Positions 8,300 to 17,887 of a DNA stretch of 64,000 nt are shown in pieces. The DNA is from Flectonema sp. DT1601 (lineage: Eukaryota): the NCBI GenBank assembly GCA_964019425.1, contig OZ025781.1, positions 1 to 64,000 on the forward strand, written 5' to 3'. How positions within the stretch are numbered: the stretch's first letter is position 1; each line of letters begins with the position of its first letter. The notes beneath the pieces were generated by a model. It saw only the letters and a program-made list of their open reading frames with translations. It searched no databases and was not told the origin of the DNA. A program made the position numbers and the translations under genes.

Positions 8300-11056
8300 T
8301 CACGCCACCACCACATCGCGAGTCAAAAATTCCTGCACCGCAAGTTGGACATCACGCATATGAGCAAGAGAGTCTATCTTGCAAGGCTCAATGCGTGATG
8401 GGAGGTCGGCTGGGTTCTGTGCAGAAACGATGTATCTCATCTCAAATGAAATCTGTCGTTCCCTAAGAAATGTAATGGACTGAACTACTGCATCATTAAG
8501 TCGGCGGCATCTCATAGACATCCGCTTGCGCGCAACGCCCAAAACCGATGTGTTGTCAATCCAGAACGCCACAGACCGCCCGTTGCAAGAATCCGGCAAT
8601 GCCACAACAGTATTCCTGAGAGCCAGTGCCTCCAGAATATTAATATGTAGCGACTGCTCAGACGGCCCCCAGGAGTTCCCAAGAACGGTCACCTCAGCCG
8701 TCGCATCGTCAACGATCACACCCCCCCAGCCACGAAGCGAGGCATCGATAAATACAGTAAAGAGCTTCTCCTGGTGGCTGAAAGGTTCGGAAATCAACCT
8801 CCCATTAACCGCTTCATTTGACCATGATGCCAGCTCTCTCTGAACAGACCGTGGTATCCGTACAACATCAGAAGGTGCCCGTCTGCCGCTATTCAGGCTG
8901 TTCGAAATCCTTCGGATGAACTTCATCGCAAACCAGAAAGCCCCTGGTGAGGTGGCCGAGATAGCGGAAGCATGCATGAGACGGCCCCCAAGGGACTCGA
9001 TCGCACCTGCCCCCATCGATAAGAGGTCACACTCCATGATCTTCCTCCTAATCTTCTCACTGGCACGAACCTCATGGCTGCCATGGTCGAAGTCAACGCC
9101 AAGAAATGTATACTTCTGGGCCGCCGTATTGCTATCGGCCGGCTTCCATGTCAGGTTACAGCGATCAGCAGTCTCGTCCAAATTATAGGTCGCCGCGAGC
9201 ACAGCGCCAGAATCACCAGTGTAGCGAATGTTATCAATGAAGATATCAACATCCACACCAGTCGCTGCCCACCCATCACTCACATAAGACGGATCACCAG
9301 CTGCTGCCGCCGCAAGCGTGTGCATGACTTCGGGAGCACACACATGCCCCATCGGCAGACGGCAGAGCTCATACCACAACCCGTCGGCTGCACGAAAGCG
9401 AAAAAGGTCACGCGCATCCTCTGGTATTTCAATGGCATAGAACCCGGTCTTAAAGTCCCTCGTCGTGGCACACTCAGCCCTCACGGAATCGAGGTAACCA
9501 GAAACGTGCCTGAGCGGAACCTTCGCCTTGTACAGCCCCTCTGCCCAGCGGTTCGCATCCCTCGTCCAGAGGATAAACCGCTGCCTCAGCCCCTCCGGCT
9601 TCTCCTCCAACACCGTGAACGGGACATTCCCTGATCGCCCGGGCCCAATCGCCACCCGAGCAACCGAGTGTTCAACAAGGAGGCCAGCATGCTCCGACGA
9701 TAAAGATGATTCGGGAGGTTGCCTGCGCCTGCCAACTACAGGGTAGAAAGTCATCTTCCAAACTGTGTCAAACCTCTCCCTCGCATCAGCTGAAAGGCGG
9801 CTGCGCAATCCCTGAACATCCATCGGCTCAATCGACCCCACGTGAAGAGGCGACCTACGTTCCCCCTCCGTCGCCGGAATACGTGTCCTCTTCCCCCTGC
9901 GGGCAATGCTATGCATCGAAGTGCCACGAGCGACGTTCCTACCCAGCGCAGTATACACATCCGCCCTACTCAAAGCAATCTCGTCACCTTCCAAGTCTGG
10001 AGAGCGCGTGCCGTGTCGACTGCATTCGAGCTGTACCTCAGCGTCGTTTGCGATATCGCCGGCCCTCCTTCCGAGTGCTTCAGGAGGCGAGACACCAGTA
10101 CCGCATCGGTAATCCTCCCATCTGCGAGGGCGGCCATCAGAACGGATGCCGCACCTCTTTTTATGGAGTGCCCTGTCAACCCTTCCATCCCAGGGACCTG
10201 TTGCCAGTGGTGCGCAATCCTCCCTGTTGTTGCCTCCGCGAGGAGGTCGAACGGGGACAGAAGCCTGACGAGAGCTGCAATCTCTCCCACCAAATCGCCC
10301 CGGATCACCGCCCACCTCGAAGCGACGTACGGGTTCCCGCGGCGGTGCTTCGGCAGGACCCCCCAATCCACAATCACCTCCGAGTCTTCGACCAAAATGA
10401 AGTGCTCTGATGTCAAGAGGCGCACCTCCCCCCAGCGAGATGCCGTCTTCCAGCAAACGAGAGCCGCCAGCCTCAGCTCCGGTCCCAGTTGCCGCACCCA
10501 ACCTAGCAGTTGCTGCCTCGTCATCGGCCTTGCCTGCGTCACCGGAATCGACGCACCGTCCGTCCTCAAAGCGCCTGCGAGACTTAGAAGGGGCTGGTTC
10601 TCCACTCCCAGGTGACGGAAGACACCCGACAGTGCCTTGGCATACTGAAGTTGCCCCTGGGGGCGGACACCTGTTGCCACGACGAATAGAGCCGCGGTCT
10701 CGGCATCGACGGGGAGCCCTCGCGACCGAGCCCATCTCTCCATCCTTCCCCAGAGGTTGCGTCTCTTCGACGTCGTCTCTGTTGCCCAGAGGTTGGCAAT
10801 CACGATCCCGAGCCTTTCTAGAGCCACGTCGTAGTCGACGTCTGCCTCCCCAGTTCTTCCGGTATCGTGCTGCTCCCTGGCAATGTGCTCCAGCACAACC
10901 CTTCCAAAGAGCGATGGGATGCCCGGCGAACCCTTTGTAGCTGTAGTCACTACCACTGGGTGCCCACACCCGCCGGACCCTTGTCTTGGGGACATCCTCA
11001 TAACGCTGCCAACCAGTGCCCCGTAGCTGGCTGGTTTTGTGGGGGCAAGGATTCAT
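8300..11056 (-). CDS. E2 reverse transcriptase-RNase H
   Basis: RDFKTGFYAI, RLPMGH, IFIDNIRY, YTFLG, FIDAS..GWGG, NPADLPSR. Confidence 0.9.
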   Translation of the reverse strand: MNPCPHKTSQLRGTGWQRYEDVPKTRVRRVWAPSGSDYSYKGFAGHPIALWKGCAGAHCQGAARYRKNWGGRRRLRRGSRKARDRDCQPLGNRDDVEETQPLGKDGEMGSVARAPRRCRDRGSIRRGNRCPPPGATSVCQGTVGCLPSPGSGEPAPSKSRRRFEDGRCVDSGDAGKADDEAATARLGAATGTGAEAGGSRLLEDGISLGGGAPLDIRALHFGRRLGGDCGLGGPAEAPPREPVRRFEVGGDPGRFGGRDCSSRQASVPVRPPRGGNNREDCAPLATGPWDGRVDRALHKKRCGIRSDGRPRRWEDYRCGTGVSPPEALGRRAGDIANDAEVQLECSRHGTRSPDLEGDEIALSRADVYTALGRNVARGTSMHSIARRGKRTRIPATEGERRSPLHVGSIEPMDVQGLRSRLSADARERFDTVWKMTFYPVVGRRRQPPESSLSSEHAGLLVEHSVARVAIGPGRSGNVPFTVLEEKPEGLRQRFILWTRDANRWAEGLYKAKVPLRHVSGYLDSVRAECATTRDFKTGFYAIEIPEDARDLFRFRAADGLWYELCRLPMGHVCAPEVMHTLAAAAAGDPSYVSDGWAATGVDVDIFIDNIRYTGDSGAVLAATYNLDETADRCNLTWKPADSNTAAQKYTFLGVDFDHGSHEVRASEKIRRKIMECDLLSMGAGAIESLGGRLMHASAISATSPGAFWFAMKFIRRISNSLNSGRRAPSDVVRIPRSVQRELASWSNEAVNGRLISEPFSHQEKLFTVFIDASLRGWGGVIVDDATAEVTVLGNSWGPSEQSLHINILEALALRNTVVALPDSCNGRSVAFWIDNTSVLGVARKRMSMRCRRLNDAVVQSITFLRERQISFEMRYIVSAQNPADLPSRIEPCKIDSLAHMRDVQLAVQEFLTRDVVVA
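9970..11001 (-). CDS. E2 tyrosine recombinase
   Basis: KTASRWGE, GHSIKRG, LLKH, TLRY. Confidence 0.9.
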   Translation of the reverse strand: MRMSPRQGSGGCGHPVVVTTATKGSPGIPSLFGRVVLEHIAREQHDTGRTGEADVDYDVALERLGIVIANLWATETTSKRRNLWGRMERWARSRGLPVDAETAALFVVATGVRPQGQLQYAKALSGVFRHLGVENQPLLSLAGALRTDGASIPVTQARPMTRQQLLGWVRQLGPELRLAALVCWKTASRWGEVRLLTSEHFILVEDSEVIVDWGVLPKHRRGNPYVASRWAVIRGDLVGEIAALVRLLSPFDLLAEATTGRIAHHWQQVPGMEGLTGHSIKRGAASVLMAALADGRITDAVLVSRLLKHSEGGPAISQTTLRYSSNAVDTARALQTWKVTRLL

Positions 11057-12453
11057 TTTCCCCTGCCCAACTGCCCGTTTTTTGAACTTGGAACATACGC
11101 CCTTGGAGGAGCAGCCGGTGGCCCCTTATGGGTCGCCCCCACCCGGTGCCCCTTCGACACTTTCTGCGCTGCCTTCCTTGCCTGCGCTGTCGACGGGGTA
11201 TCCCTCGCAGCATCAAGGGTTTCGTAGTATGCTTCAGCTCCCCGCGGCCCGTTCTCTGTGCGCAGCAGCTGCCACTCCATCATCTGGTGTAGTGCCGCTA
11301 TGGCCCCTTCCGTACCTCCCAAAACAGCCCTCTCAACTGCATTCGCAAGCCTCTTCACTACCTCACTCGCAACTGCCCCAGAGCCCCCGGAATACCTCTC
11401 AACAATCGCGCGCCTCAGCAGCGAACGGCACACGTCATCACGCTCCGCATATCCCAGCCACAACTCCGCATTCCTCGCGATGTCCTCAACAGGTGCATGC
11501 GACGCGGCAATTTCCGGGTTCCAATGCTGCACCGACCAGCCCCCTGCCCTGAACTCCTCTGGTGTGAGGCGCCACAGCCCACTGTCGTTGTGCAAGACTG
11601 CAATCGTCACATCAGCCGGTGCCACGCAGACAACAATCCCTCTTGAGCCTCCGTCCGTAACCTTGGAGCCTACCACCATGCTTGGAGGAAAACCCTCTGT
11701 TACCTGTGGCTTTGTTGCAGCTTGCTGGATCGCTGCCGTAATGGAGCTCATCATTGAGTCCTGATCCGTCCTAACCGGCGGTGGCCCTTGTGGAACAACT
11801 TGCGGCCTTCCCATACCTGCCTTCAGGGTTTCAATCTCACCTTCCAGTCGTGCCATCACGGACTGCTGCTGCTGAACGAACCCCTGCATCATCTCCTCCA
11901 TCCGTGTCTGGCGGGACTCCGCTTCCGTCATGTGCCGCCTTGTCGATTGCGCACCGCGATGTAGATCCGCAAACGCCTGACCAGCCTCGCTCCTCAGTCC
12001 TTGGATCTTCTCTTCGCCTTGGCGTAAGCTCTCAGCCGTTGCCTTCCTCAACACATCAGTGTCGACGCGCAAACTCTCCATTGCATCCGCAGCTTCATCA
12101 TGGGTCACCAGGCGGTTCGAATCCCCCGAAGCCAGGCGACTGCTTGCCTTCGCAGCCCGCTCCGCAACGCCGGCCCTATTCACCGAAGACATCATTGCCA
12201 ACACTACCAACATCTTTTTGATTGAAACCTTTTCAATCGCTGCATACTGCACCCCAAGGCAAAGGGCAACAGTAAGCCTAACCAGGCTCTGCAACTCCCT
12301 ATCGGACTCCAACAAAGCCAAGTCAACTGGTATTGGTACAAGCTTCACCAACTTCACCAAGTCAACGTGCTGTCTTTGCGGAACTTCTCCGACCCTCCGT
12401 CCCCATGCCTCAGCTAATGCTGACGGGAACTCGAAATCGTAGCTTTTTGCCAT
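11053..12453 (-). CDS. E2 gag-like protein
   Basis: First ORF of the element, ATG 46 nt after the spliced-leader junction, similar to E1 ORF1. Confidence 0.8.
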   Translation of the reverse strand: MAKSYDFEFPSALAEAWGRRVGEVPQRQHVDLVKLVKLVPIPVDLALLESDRELQSLVRLTVALCLGVQYAAIEKVSIKKMLVVLAMMSSVNRAGVAERAAKASSRLASGDSNRLVTHDEAADAMESLRVDTDVLRKATAESLRQGEEKIQGLRSEAGQAFADLHRGAQSTRRHMTEAESRQTRMEEMMQGFVQQQQSVMARLEGEIETLKAGMGRPQVVPQGPPPVRTDQDSMMSSITAAIQQAATKPQVTEGFPPSMVVGSKVTDGGSRGIVVCVAPADVTIAVLHNDSGLWRLTPEEFRAGGWSVQHWNPEIAASHAPVEDIARNAELWLGYAERDDVCRSLLRRAIVERYSGGSGAVASEVVKRLANAVERAVLGGTEGAIAALHQMMEWQLLRTENGPRGAEAYYETLDAARDTPSTAQARKAAQKVSKGHRVGATHKGPPAAPPRAYVPSSKNGQLGRGK

Positions 12454-12499
12454 TTAAAAAACAAAAAAGTTGTTTTCTTTAAAGCAAAGCCAGCCAAAC

Positions 12500-12537
12500 C
12501 AATAAAGTACAGAAACTGTAGCTTTAGAATCGTTGGT
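12500..12537 (-). other. Reverse-transcribed spliced leader (38 nt) ACCAACGATTCTAAAGCTACAGTTTCTGTACTTTATTG
   Basis: Has the conserved euglenozoan SL 3' end CAGTTTCTGTACTTTATTG and a diplonemid-type 5' part. Joined exactly at the AG acceptor visible in the unspliced A2 copy (7804-7805). Confidence 0.9.
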
Positions 12538-13013
12538 AGACACCGCCCACATCTTTCTTACGATGGCGCGTACCCGCTTCTCTGCTGCCTTTATGGTGAC
12601 TTCGTCTTCTGATTGAGTCCTTCTTGTTGGTCTGCGTTGCAAGATCTGTAAAGTTGCTTGCTCCATTATTCCTTTTCCTTTGACCAACTCGTCTTGCCGC
12701 ATTTTGGCGATCATGCTCCCGGTTTTTTTGCTTAATAAAGTTATACTTGGCCGGGTCCAAGTAAACTTCCTTTCCCGTACTGCGATTCAATTTTTCCGCA
12801 CCTGCTGGGGCCAACGGCCTGGACCTAAAAAAGCCTTCGTTGGCTTTGGTTTCGGGGTCCAGGTGTTCTTATTTTTCTTCGAAGCTTTTTGAATTGACCT
12901 GTCGATGTAGTCGTGTTGATTGGCTTCCATTTCCGTCAATACATCGCTGAGCCTGGCCCCCCGTACAACATATCCTTGTTGTACACGAAGCAGCGATAGA
13001 CTCCTATTTCCCA
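12534..13013 (-). repeat. 480-bp duplication of an internal E3 segment (16006-16485)
   Basis: Sequence identity on reading; ORF fragments identical to the E3 gag end and YR start. Confidence 0.95.
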
Positions 13014-13469
13014 TTGGTTTAGGGAGGGTGGGAATTTTAAATTATTAAATTAATTTAAAGATGCAAGAATGCCTGGAAAGGCAGATAGGCATAAACGAAT
13101 CAATCGTAATGCACTATAAAAAGGATGGAAGAAACAAATGGTCGTATTATACTATAGGCTCGACGAATCAATCATGTTGCACTATAATAAAATAAATGGT
13201 AAGACTGCTCACATTAAGAACTGATAAGACAATGGATTGCTACATAGAAATTTGTATCATAAGAATAAAGTGGTGAACTACAGCGCTGATCCTGAGAGAT
13301 TCCCATATTGGTGTTAGGGGAATCACTTTTTTAGGATCAGCCATAGTTCTGGTATGGAACTTTTGGGAGTAGAAAGTAAGATGAAGCAAGTTATAAAGAT
13401 ATAACCTTGCAAAACTGGAATGTATACATGTACTAAAAGGAAAAGACTTGATAACTCATTCTTTCAATT

Positions 13470-16286
13470 TTATCTGCAGATGCTTTCTTTATTCTTACCC
13501 ATTAAGACAAAGAATAAATAACTAAGAATGGAATATTGATTACCACCACCCCCACGCAAGTCAAAGAAACGCCCCAACGCAAGTGCTGCCTCGGAACGTT
13601 GTTGTTTGATATTAGCGCCGTCAGGACAAATGCGAGACGGAAAATCTGCTGGATTGCATTTTGTAGAAACCCAGTTGAGCCTATAAGTGCATTGTAGTCT
13701 ATTAAGATGATTCATAATGTAATTTACTTGTCTGTTGAGTGCCATGGAACGGACTGACATGCCCTTCTTTGTTGAGTATAAGACGGTTGTATTATCCACG
13801 TAAATATCCAAATGTGATGCTTTCGAGATCGATCGAAGCGTAGAAGTAAGAGCAGTGGCCTCAAGGACGTTGATATGCTCACTACTTTCCTTCTCAGTCC
13901 ATCGTGCCCCCAGGATGTCCATCTCATAATTATGATCAAAGATCACAGCTCCCCAGCCCTTCATGGAAGCGTCGACGAAGATCATCCTAGAATCATCATC
14001 ATCATCATCTCTCTTCGTTTCCCCTACATGTACGTTCCGTGTTGTTAGTACCTCCTTAGACCAGTTTGAAATTTCCTTCCTAACTGAGCTGGGGATGGGC
14101 ACCACGTGTTCAGTCTGAACGACCCCACGGTTTAATGAATTCGTGACCCTGCGAAAAAACTTTAGCGCAAACCAGTATTTACCAGGATGTATGTGAGTAA
14201 TTGCCGAAGCATGTAGGAGGCGACCAGCTAAGCTTTCGATCTTCTCCGCGGTGATGTTATCGAGGCAAGTATTAAGTATCCTCCTGCGTAGCTTTTCGGC
14301 GACGGCAACAGTACACCTAGTATGGTCAAACCTTACACCAAGAAAGTCGTATTCTTTAGCGAGTTCCTGAGTTTCTTCTTGCTTCCAAGTCACGTTACAA
14401 CGTCTCGCCACCTCATTTATTCTTGCTGTTGCCTCATTTACACACCCGAATGAGCCAGTTATCCTGATATTGTCAATCCAAATATCGGTAACTACCCCCC
14501 GATATGTGAAAGCAGGCTTGGCAAATGTAGGATCGCCTGCAACAGTTGCTGTTAGAGAATGCATAATCTCAGGTGCCGCCATATGTCCCATCGGCAACCT
14601 GGTTAGCTCAAACCACTCCCCTCGCTCATCCTGGAATCTGAAATATTTCCTAGAGCGCTCAGGTATGGAAACCTGGTAAAACCCCGTCTTCAAGTCCCAT
14701 TGGGATGATGTCTCCCTCGTCACTTGAGAGAGGTACTGAGCAATGTGCTCCAAGGGAACCTTCGGCTTGTACCCGAGTTCGTGCATCATCAAGTTGGCCT
14801 CCTTCGTCCACAAGATGAATCGCTGCCGTGTTCCAGTTATCCGTTCTTCAAGTATTGTAAAGGGTATTGATTCCAATATCCCGGGGCTGCTTGTTTGGGT
14901 TGCAACCCCTGCCTCTACTAGCCGGCGTGCATGCTGAGACTGCAGACAAGACTCCCTATGACTCTTTTTATACTGATGGCTTTGGTGAGTACCTTGCCGA
15001 CACGGGTTGAACGTAAGGTCCCATACCTCTTCAAACCTCCTGCGTGTCCCATCAGTCATCATCCGTTTTACCTCTTGAACGTCAATGGTCCCCACTTCCT
15101 TTACGTGTAGAGGCGTCGCCCTCTCTTCCTCGGTTGAAGGGAGGCGAGTGGTCTTCGACTTCCGAGTGAAGTTCTGCATAAGTCTCCGCGCAGTTCTTGG
15201 AATTACAAATGTTGGGTTATGCGGCTTGTGTTCAGGGAGAGAGCCAGCGACCTGTCCGACCCTGCATATCTTAACGTCGTTTCTGATATCTGCTGGTTTG
15301 CCGTTTCGTGTTTGGCTAGTCGACTTATGAGCATCAGCGGAATAACTAATCCTGTCTGTTTCTTCTCGAAAATGAACTTTATTGCACCGCGTTTTATGCT
15401 GTGAGCACTGTAATTTTCCATGCGAGAATCCTTCTTCCAAAGTCCTGTGAGCTTTGCAGTGTCGACTTTTGTTAAACGATCGAAGAATCCCAACCTCATG
15501 ATGGCTCTGTATATCTCCTCCGTCCATCTTCCGGTGATTACCGCGAACCTTGAAGCCGTGTACGGATTCTCCCTCTTTCCCTTCGGAATCTGGTTCCAGT
15601 CCACAATTACTGTTAAAGGGTCGCATTGAATGAAGCTGCCCGAGGACAGCGCCGCGACCTCCCCCCAGCGAGACATTGTTTTCCAGGCAATCATTGCGGC
15701 GGTTGAAACCCCTAGCTCCTGTGTTTGACACCATTCTTCCAGGATTCCCCTTGGGATCGGAGTTGCTTGTGACTCGGGCACCGTAGCACCGTCTGCCCTT
15801 AGGGCCACCTGAAGGCTCCTGAGGGGTTGGTTTTCCATCCCGAGGTGTTTCATAATACCCGACAATGCCTTTGCGTAGTTTAGTAAACTTTGTGACTTCG
15901 CCCCTGTAGCGGTTACGAATAAGACCGCAGAATTTGCATCCATGGGTAGGCTCCTGTCGGTGACCCACTTCACATACCTCGACCATAATCGTTTTCTCTG
16001 GTCGATGGTAGACACCGCCCACATCTTTCTTACGATGGCGCGTACCCGCTTCTCTGCTGCCTTTATGGTGACTTCGTCTTCTGATTGAGTCCTTCTTGTT
16101 GGTCTGCGTTGCAAGATCTGTAAAGTTGCTTGCTCCATTATTCCTTTTCCTTTGACCAACTCGTCTTGCCGCATTTTGGCGATCATGCTCCCGGTTTTTT
16201 TGCTTAATAAAGTTATACTTGGCCGGGTCCAAGTAAACTTCCTTTCCCGTACTGCGATTCAATTTTTCCGCACCTGCTGGGGCCAA
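13470..16286 (-). CDS. E3 reverse transcriptase-RNase H
   Basis: WDLKTGFYQV, RLPMGH, IWIDNIRI, YDFLG, FVDAS..GWG, NPADFPSR. Confidence 0.9.
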   Translation of the reverse strand: MAPAGAEKLNRSTGKEVYLDPAKYNFIKQKNREHDRQNAARRVGQRKRNNGASNFTDLATQTNKKDSIRRRSHHKGSREAGTRHRKKDVGGVYHRPEKTIMVEVCEVGHRQEPTHGCKFCGLIRNRYRGEVTKFTKLRKGIVGYYETPRDGKPTPQEPSGGPKGRRCYGARVTSNSDPKGNPGRMVSNTGARGFNRRNDCLENNVSLGGGRGAVLGQLHSMRPFNSNCGLEPDSEGKEGESVHGFKVRGNHRKMDGGDIQSHHEVGILRSFNKSRHCKAHRTLEEGFSHGKLQCSQHKTRCNKVHFREETDRISYSADAHKSTSQTRNGKPADIRNDVKICRVGQVAGSLPEHKPHNPTFVIPRTARRLMQNFTRKSKTTRLPSTEEERATPLHVKEVGTIDVQEVKRMMTDGTRRRFEEVWDLTFNPCRQGTHQSHQYKKSHRESCLQSQHARRLVEAGVATQTSSPGILESIPFTILEERITGTRQRFILWTKEANLMMHELGYKPKVPLEHIAQYLSQVTRETSSQWDLKTGFYQVSIPERSRKYFRFQDERGEWFELTRLPMGHMAAPEIMHSLTATVAGDPTFAKPAFTYRGVVTDIWIDNIRITGSFGCVNEATARINEVARRCNVTWKQEETQELAKEYDFLGVRFDHTRCTVAVAEKLRRRILNTCLDNITAEKIESLAGRLLHASAITHIHPGKYWFALKFFRRVTNSLNRGVVQTEHVVPIPSSVRKEISNWSKEVLTTRNVHVGETKRDDDDDDSRMIFVDASMKGWGAVIFDHNYEMDILGARWTEKESSEHINVLEATALTSTLRSISKASHLDIYVDNTTVLYSTKKGMSVRSMALNRQVNYIMNHLNRLQCTYRLNWVSTKCNPADFPSRICPDGANIKQQRSEAALALGRFFDLRGGGGNQYSILSYLFFVLMGKNKESICR
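15203..16186 (-). CDS. E3 tyrosine recombinase
   Basis: KTMSRWGE, AHSIKRG, LAKH, TLRY. Confidence 0.9.
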   Translation of the reverse strand: MIAKMRQDELVKGKGIMEQATLQILQRRPTRRTQSEDEVTIKAAEKRVRAIVRKMWAVSTIDQRKRLWSRYVKWVTDRSLPMDANSAVLFVTATGAKSQSLLNYAKALSGIMKHLGMENQPLRSLQVALRADGATVPESQATPIPRGILEEWCQTQELGVSTAAMIAWKTMSRWGEVAALSSGSFIQCDPLTVIVDWNQIPKGKRENPYTASRFAVITGRWTEEIYRAIMRLGFFDRLTKVDTAKLTGLWKKDSRMENYSAHSIKRGAIKFIFEKKQTGLVIPLMLISRLAKHETANQQISETTLRYAGSDRSLALSLNTSRITQHL

Positions 16287-17605
16287 CGGCCTGGACCTAA
16301 AAAAGCCTTCGTTGGCTTTGGTTTCGGGGTCCAGGTGTTCTTATTTTTCTTCGAAGCTTTTTGAATTGACCTGTCGATGTAGTCGTGTTGATTGGCTTCC
16401 ATTTCCGTCAATACATCGCTGAGCCTGGCCCCCCGTACAACATATCCTTGTTGTACACGAAGCAGCGATAGACTCCTATTTCCCAAGCTAACCATTTCAG
16501 GCATCCCCTCCCAGGAGTTTACCTGTTCTGCCACCCTAATCCAGTCTACAAGCATTTCGAAATATGCGAGTAGTACTCGGTCACCTGGTTTGACGGTGGT
16601 ACAACCGTTGGTGTATTTAAAACGCAAGTCTCTAATGAGACCGGTCGCGTCCTCCTCAATGGCATCTTTCCATTGTAAGACATCCTTCGAGTCCTCGATT
16701 CTCTTAGTTGTAAAGAAAACCTTCGTTTGTGTTGGGGACGTCTGTAATGTGGGAGCATCCTCCGGAACATTTCTGTTTGCAATTGCCGTCAGCCTGTCCA
16801 CTCGTTCGTCCGAAGCGGCAGATTGTTCGAGCCCCGTCACCGATTGAGAGGTAGACCTCTTCGCGGCATTCTCCAAACTCTTCAAGATCCTGTCGATCTT
16901 TTTATCCTGGGCTACAGCCATTTCACGATTTTCGGTAATGGCCCCCCGCATCTTCGCCATCTCCGAATGTTGATCCCTGATCGCTGAATCAGTCATCCCA
17001 GCCAAATTGCTTGTATTCTGGCCTTGGCGAGATAATTCGTCGGCAATAATGGCGTGTCCCTGCTCCAATGCCTGTTGACGGTTTCTCACGTTAACAGTTT
17101 CATGCTCCAATACAGTCTGTCTCTGCCCCGCTGAATTCAAAGCTTGCGAGGTAACTTGTTCAAGAACCGCTTGCCTCTGCACGGTGTTTGATACCACTTG
17201 GCTCGCACCCTCCATAACATGGTGAAACTCCGTACGGGAGACGGGTAAACCCTCCGTCACCCCACATGCTCGTAGCATTTCATCGAATCTCTGCACATTC
17301 CTGTTTCGCAGATGTGAGAGCATAACTTCCTTTGGCCTCATCGCTATTCCTTGCAACGAGTCTCTCGAAACACCCAGGAAGGCCATCAACATATCATTAA
17401 TGATGCTCTCAGCTTGATGCTGTACACACCATCCCCCTAAGTTCATTCTTACGTCATCCATTTTGTATGTACCTCGTTTTAACTCCTCTTCGCCGAAAGT
17501 GCTTTTCCAAGCATCTTCCAAACTTGAAGGAAATCTAAAATCGTACGTACTTATTACAGTCGAGGGGGATGGTTGGTCGATTATCATAGGCGTTTGTTGA
17601 TCCAT
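16259..17605 (-). CDS. E3 gag-like protein
   Basis: First ORF; N-terminal YDFRFPSSL matches the YDF.(F/V)PS motif of E1/E2; coiled-coil character. Confidence 0.78.
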   Translation of the reverse strand: MDQQTPMIIDQPSPSTVISTYDFRFPSSLEDAWKSTFGEEELKRGTYKMDDVRMNLGGWCVQHQAESIINDMLMAFLGVSRDSLQGIAMRPKEVMLSHLRNRNVQRFDEMLRACGVTEGLPVSRTEFHHVMEGASQVVSNTVQRQAVLEQVTSQALNSAGQRQTVLEHETVNVRNRQQALEQGHAIIADELSRQGQNTSNLAGMTDSAIRDQHSEMAKMRGAITENREMAVAQDKKIDRILKSLENAAKRSTSQSVTGLEQSAASDERVDRLTAIANRNVPEDAPTLQTSPTQTKVFFTTKRIEDSKDVLQWKDAIEEDATGLIRDLRFKYTNGCTTVKPGDRVLLAYFEMLVDWIRVAEQVNSWEGMPEMVSLGNRSLSLLRVQQGYVVRGARLSDVLTEMEANQHDYIDRSIQKASKKNKNTWTPKPKPTKAFLGPGRWPQQVRKN

Positions 17606-17887
17606 TTTAAATTATTAAATTAATTTAAAGATGCAAGAATGCCTGGAAAGGCAGATAGGCATAAACGAATCAATCGTAATGCACTATAAAAAGGATGGAA
17701 GAAACAAATGGTCGTATTATACTATAGGCTCGACGAATCAATCATGTTGCACTATAATAAAATAAATGGTAAGACTGCTCACATTAAGAACTGATAAGAC
17801 AATGGATTGCTACATAGAAATTTGTATCATAAGAATAAAGTGGTGAACTACAGCGCTGATCCTGAGAGATTCCCATATTGGTGTTAG

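Larger units (their letters stand above)
7383..12537 (-). mobile_element. YR retrotransposon E2, with its 5' terminus replaced by a spliced leader
   Basis: B2 7385-7746 = B1 7943-8304; A2 7764-7940. Only 40 bp of A1 remain (12460-12499). gag, YR and RT ORFs are intact. Confidence 0.92.

Noticed and set aside
12500..12537. SL RNA gene
   Set aside because: The downstream sequence is the element's A repeat from the acceptor onward, not an SL intron, and there is no tandem SL gene array.
16194..16200. Second A_AAA_AAC heptamer in the E3 RT frame as a route to YR
   Set aside because: A -1 shift there meets TGA after a few codons and does not enter the YR frame; no equivalent was seen in E1 or E2.
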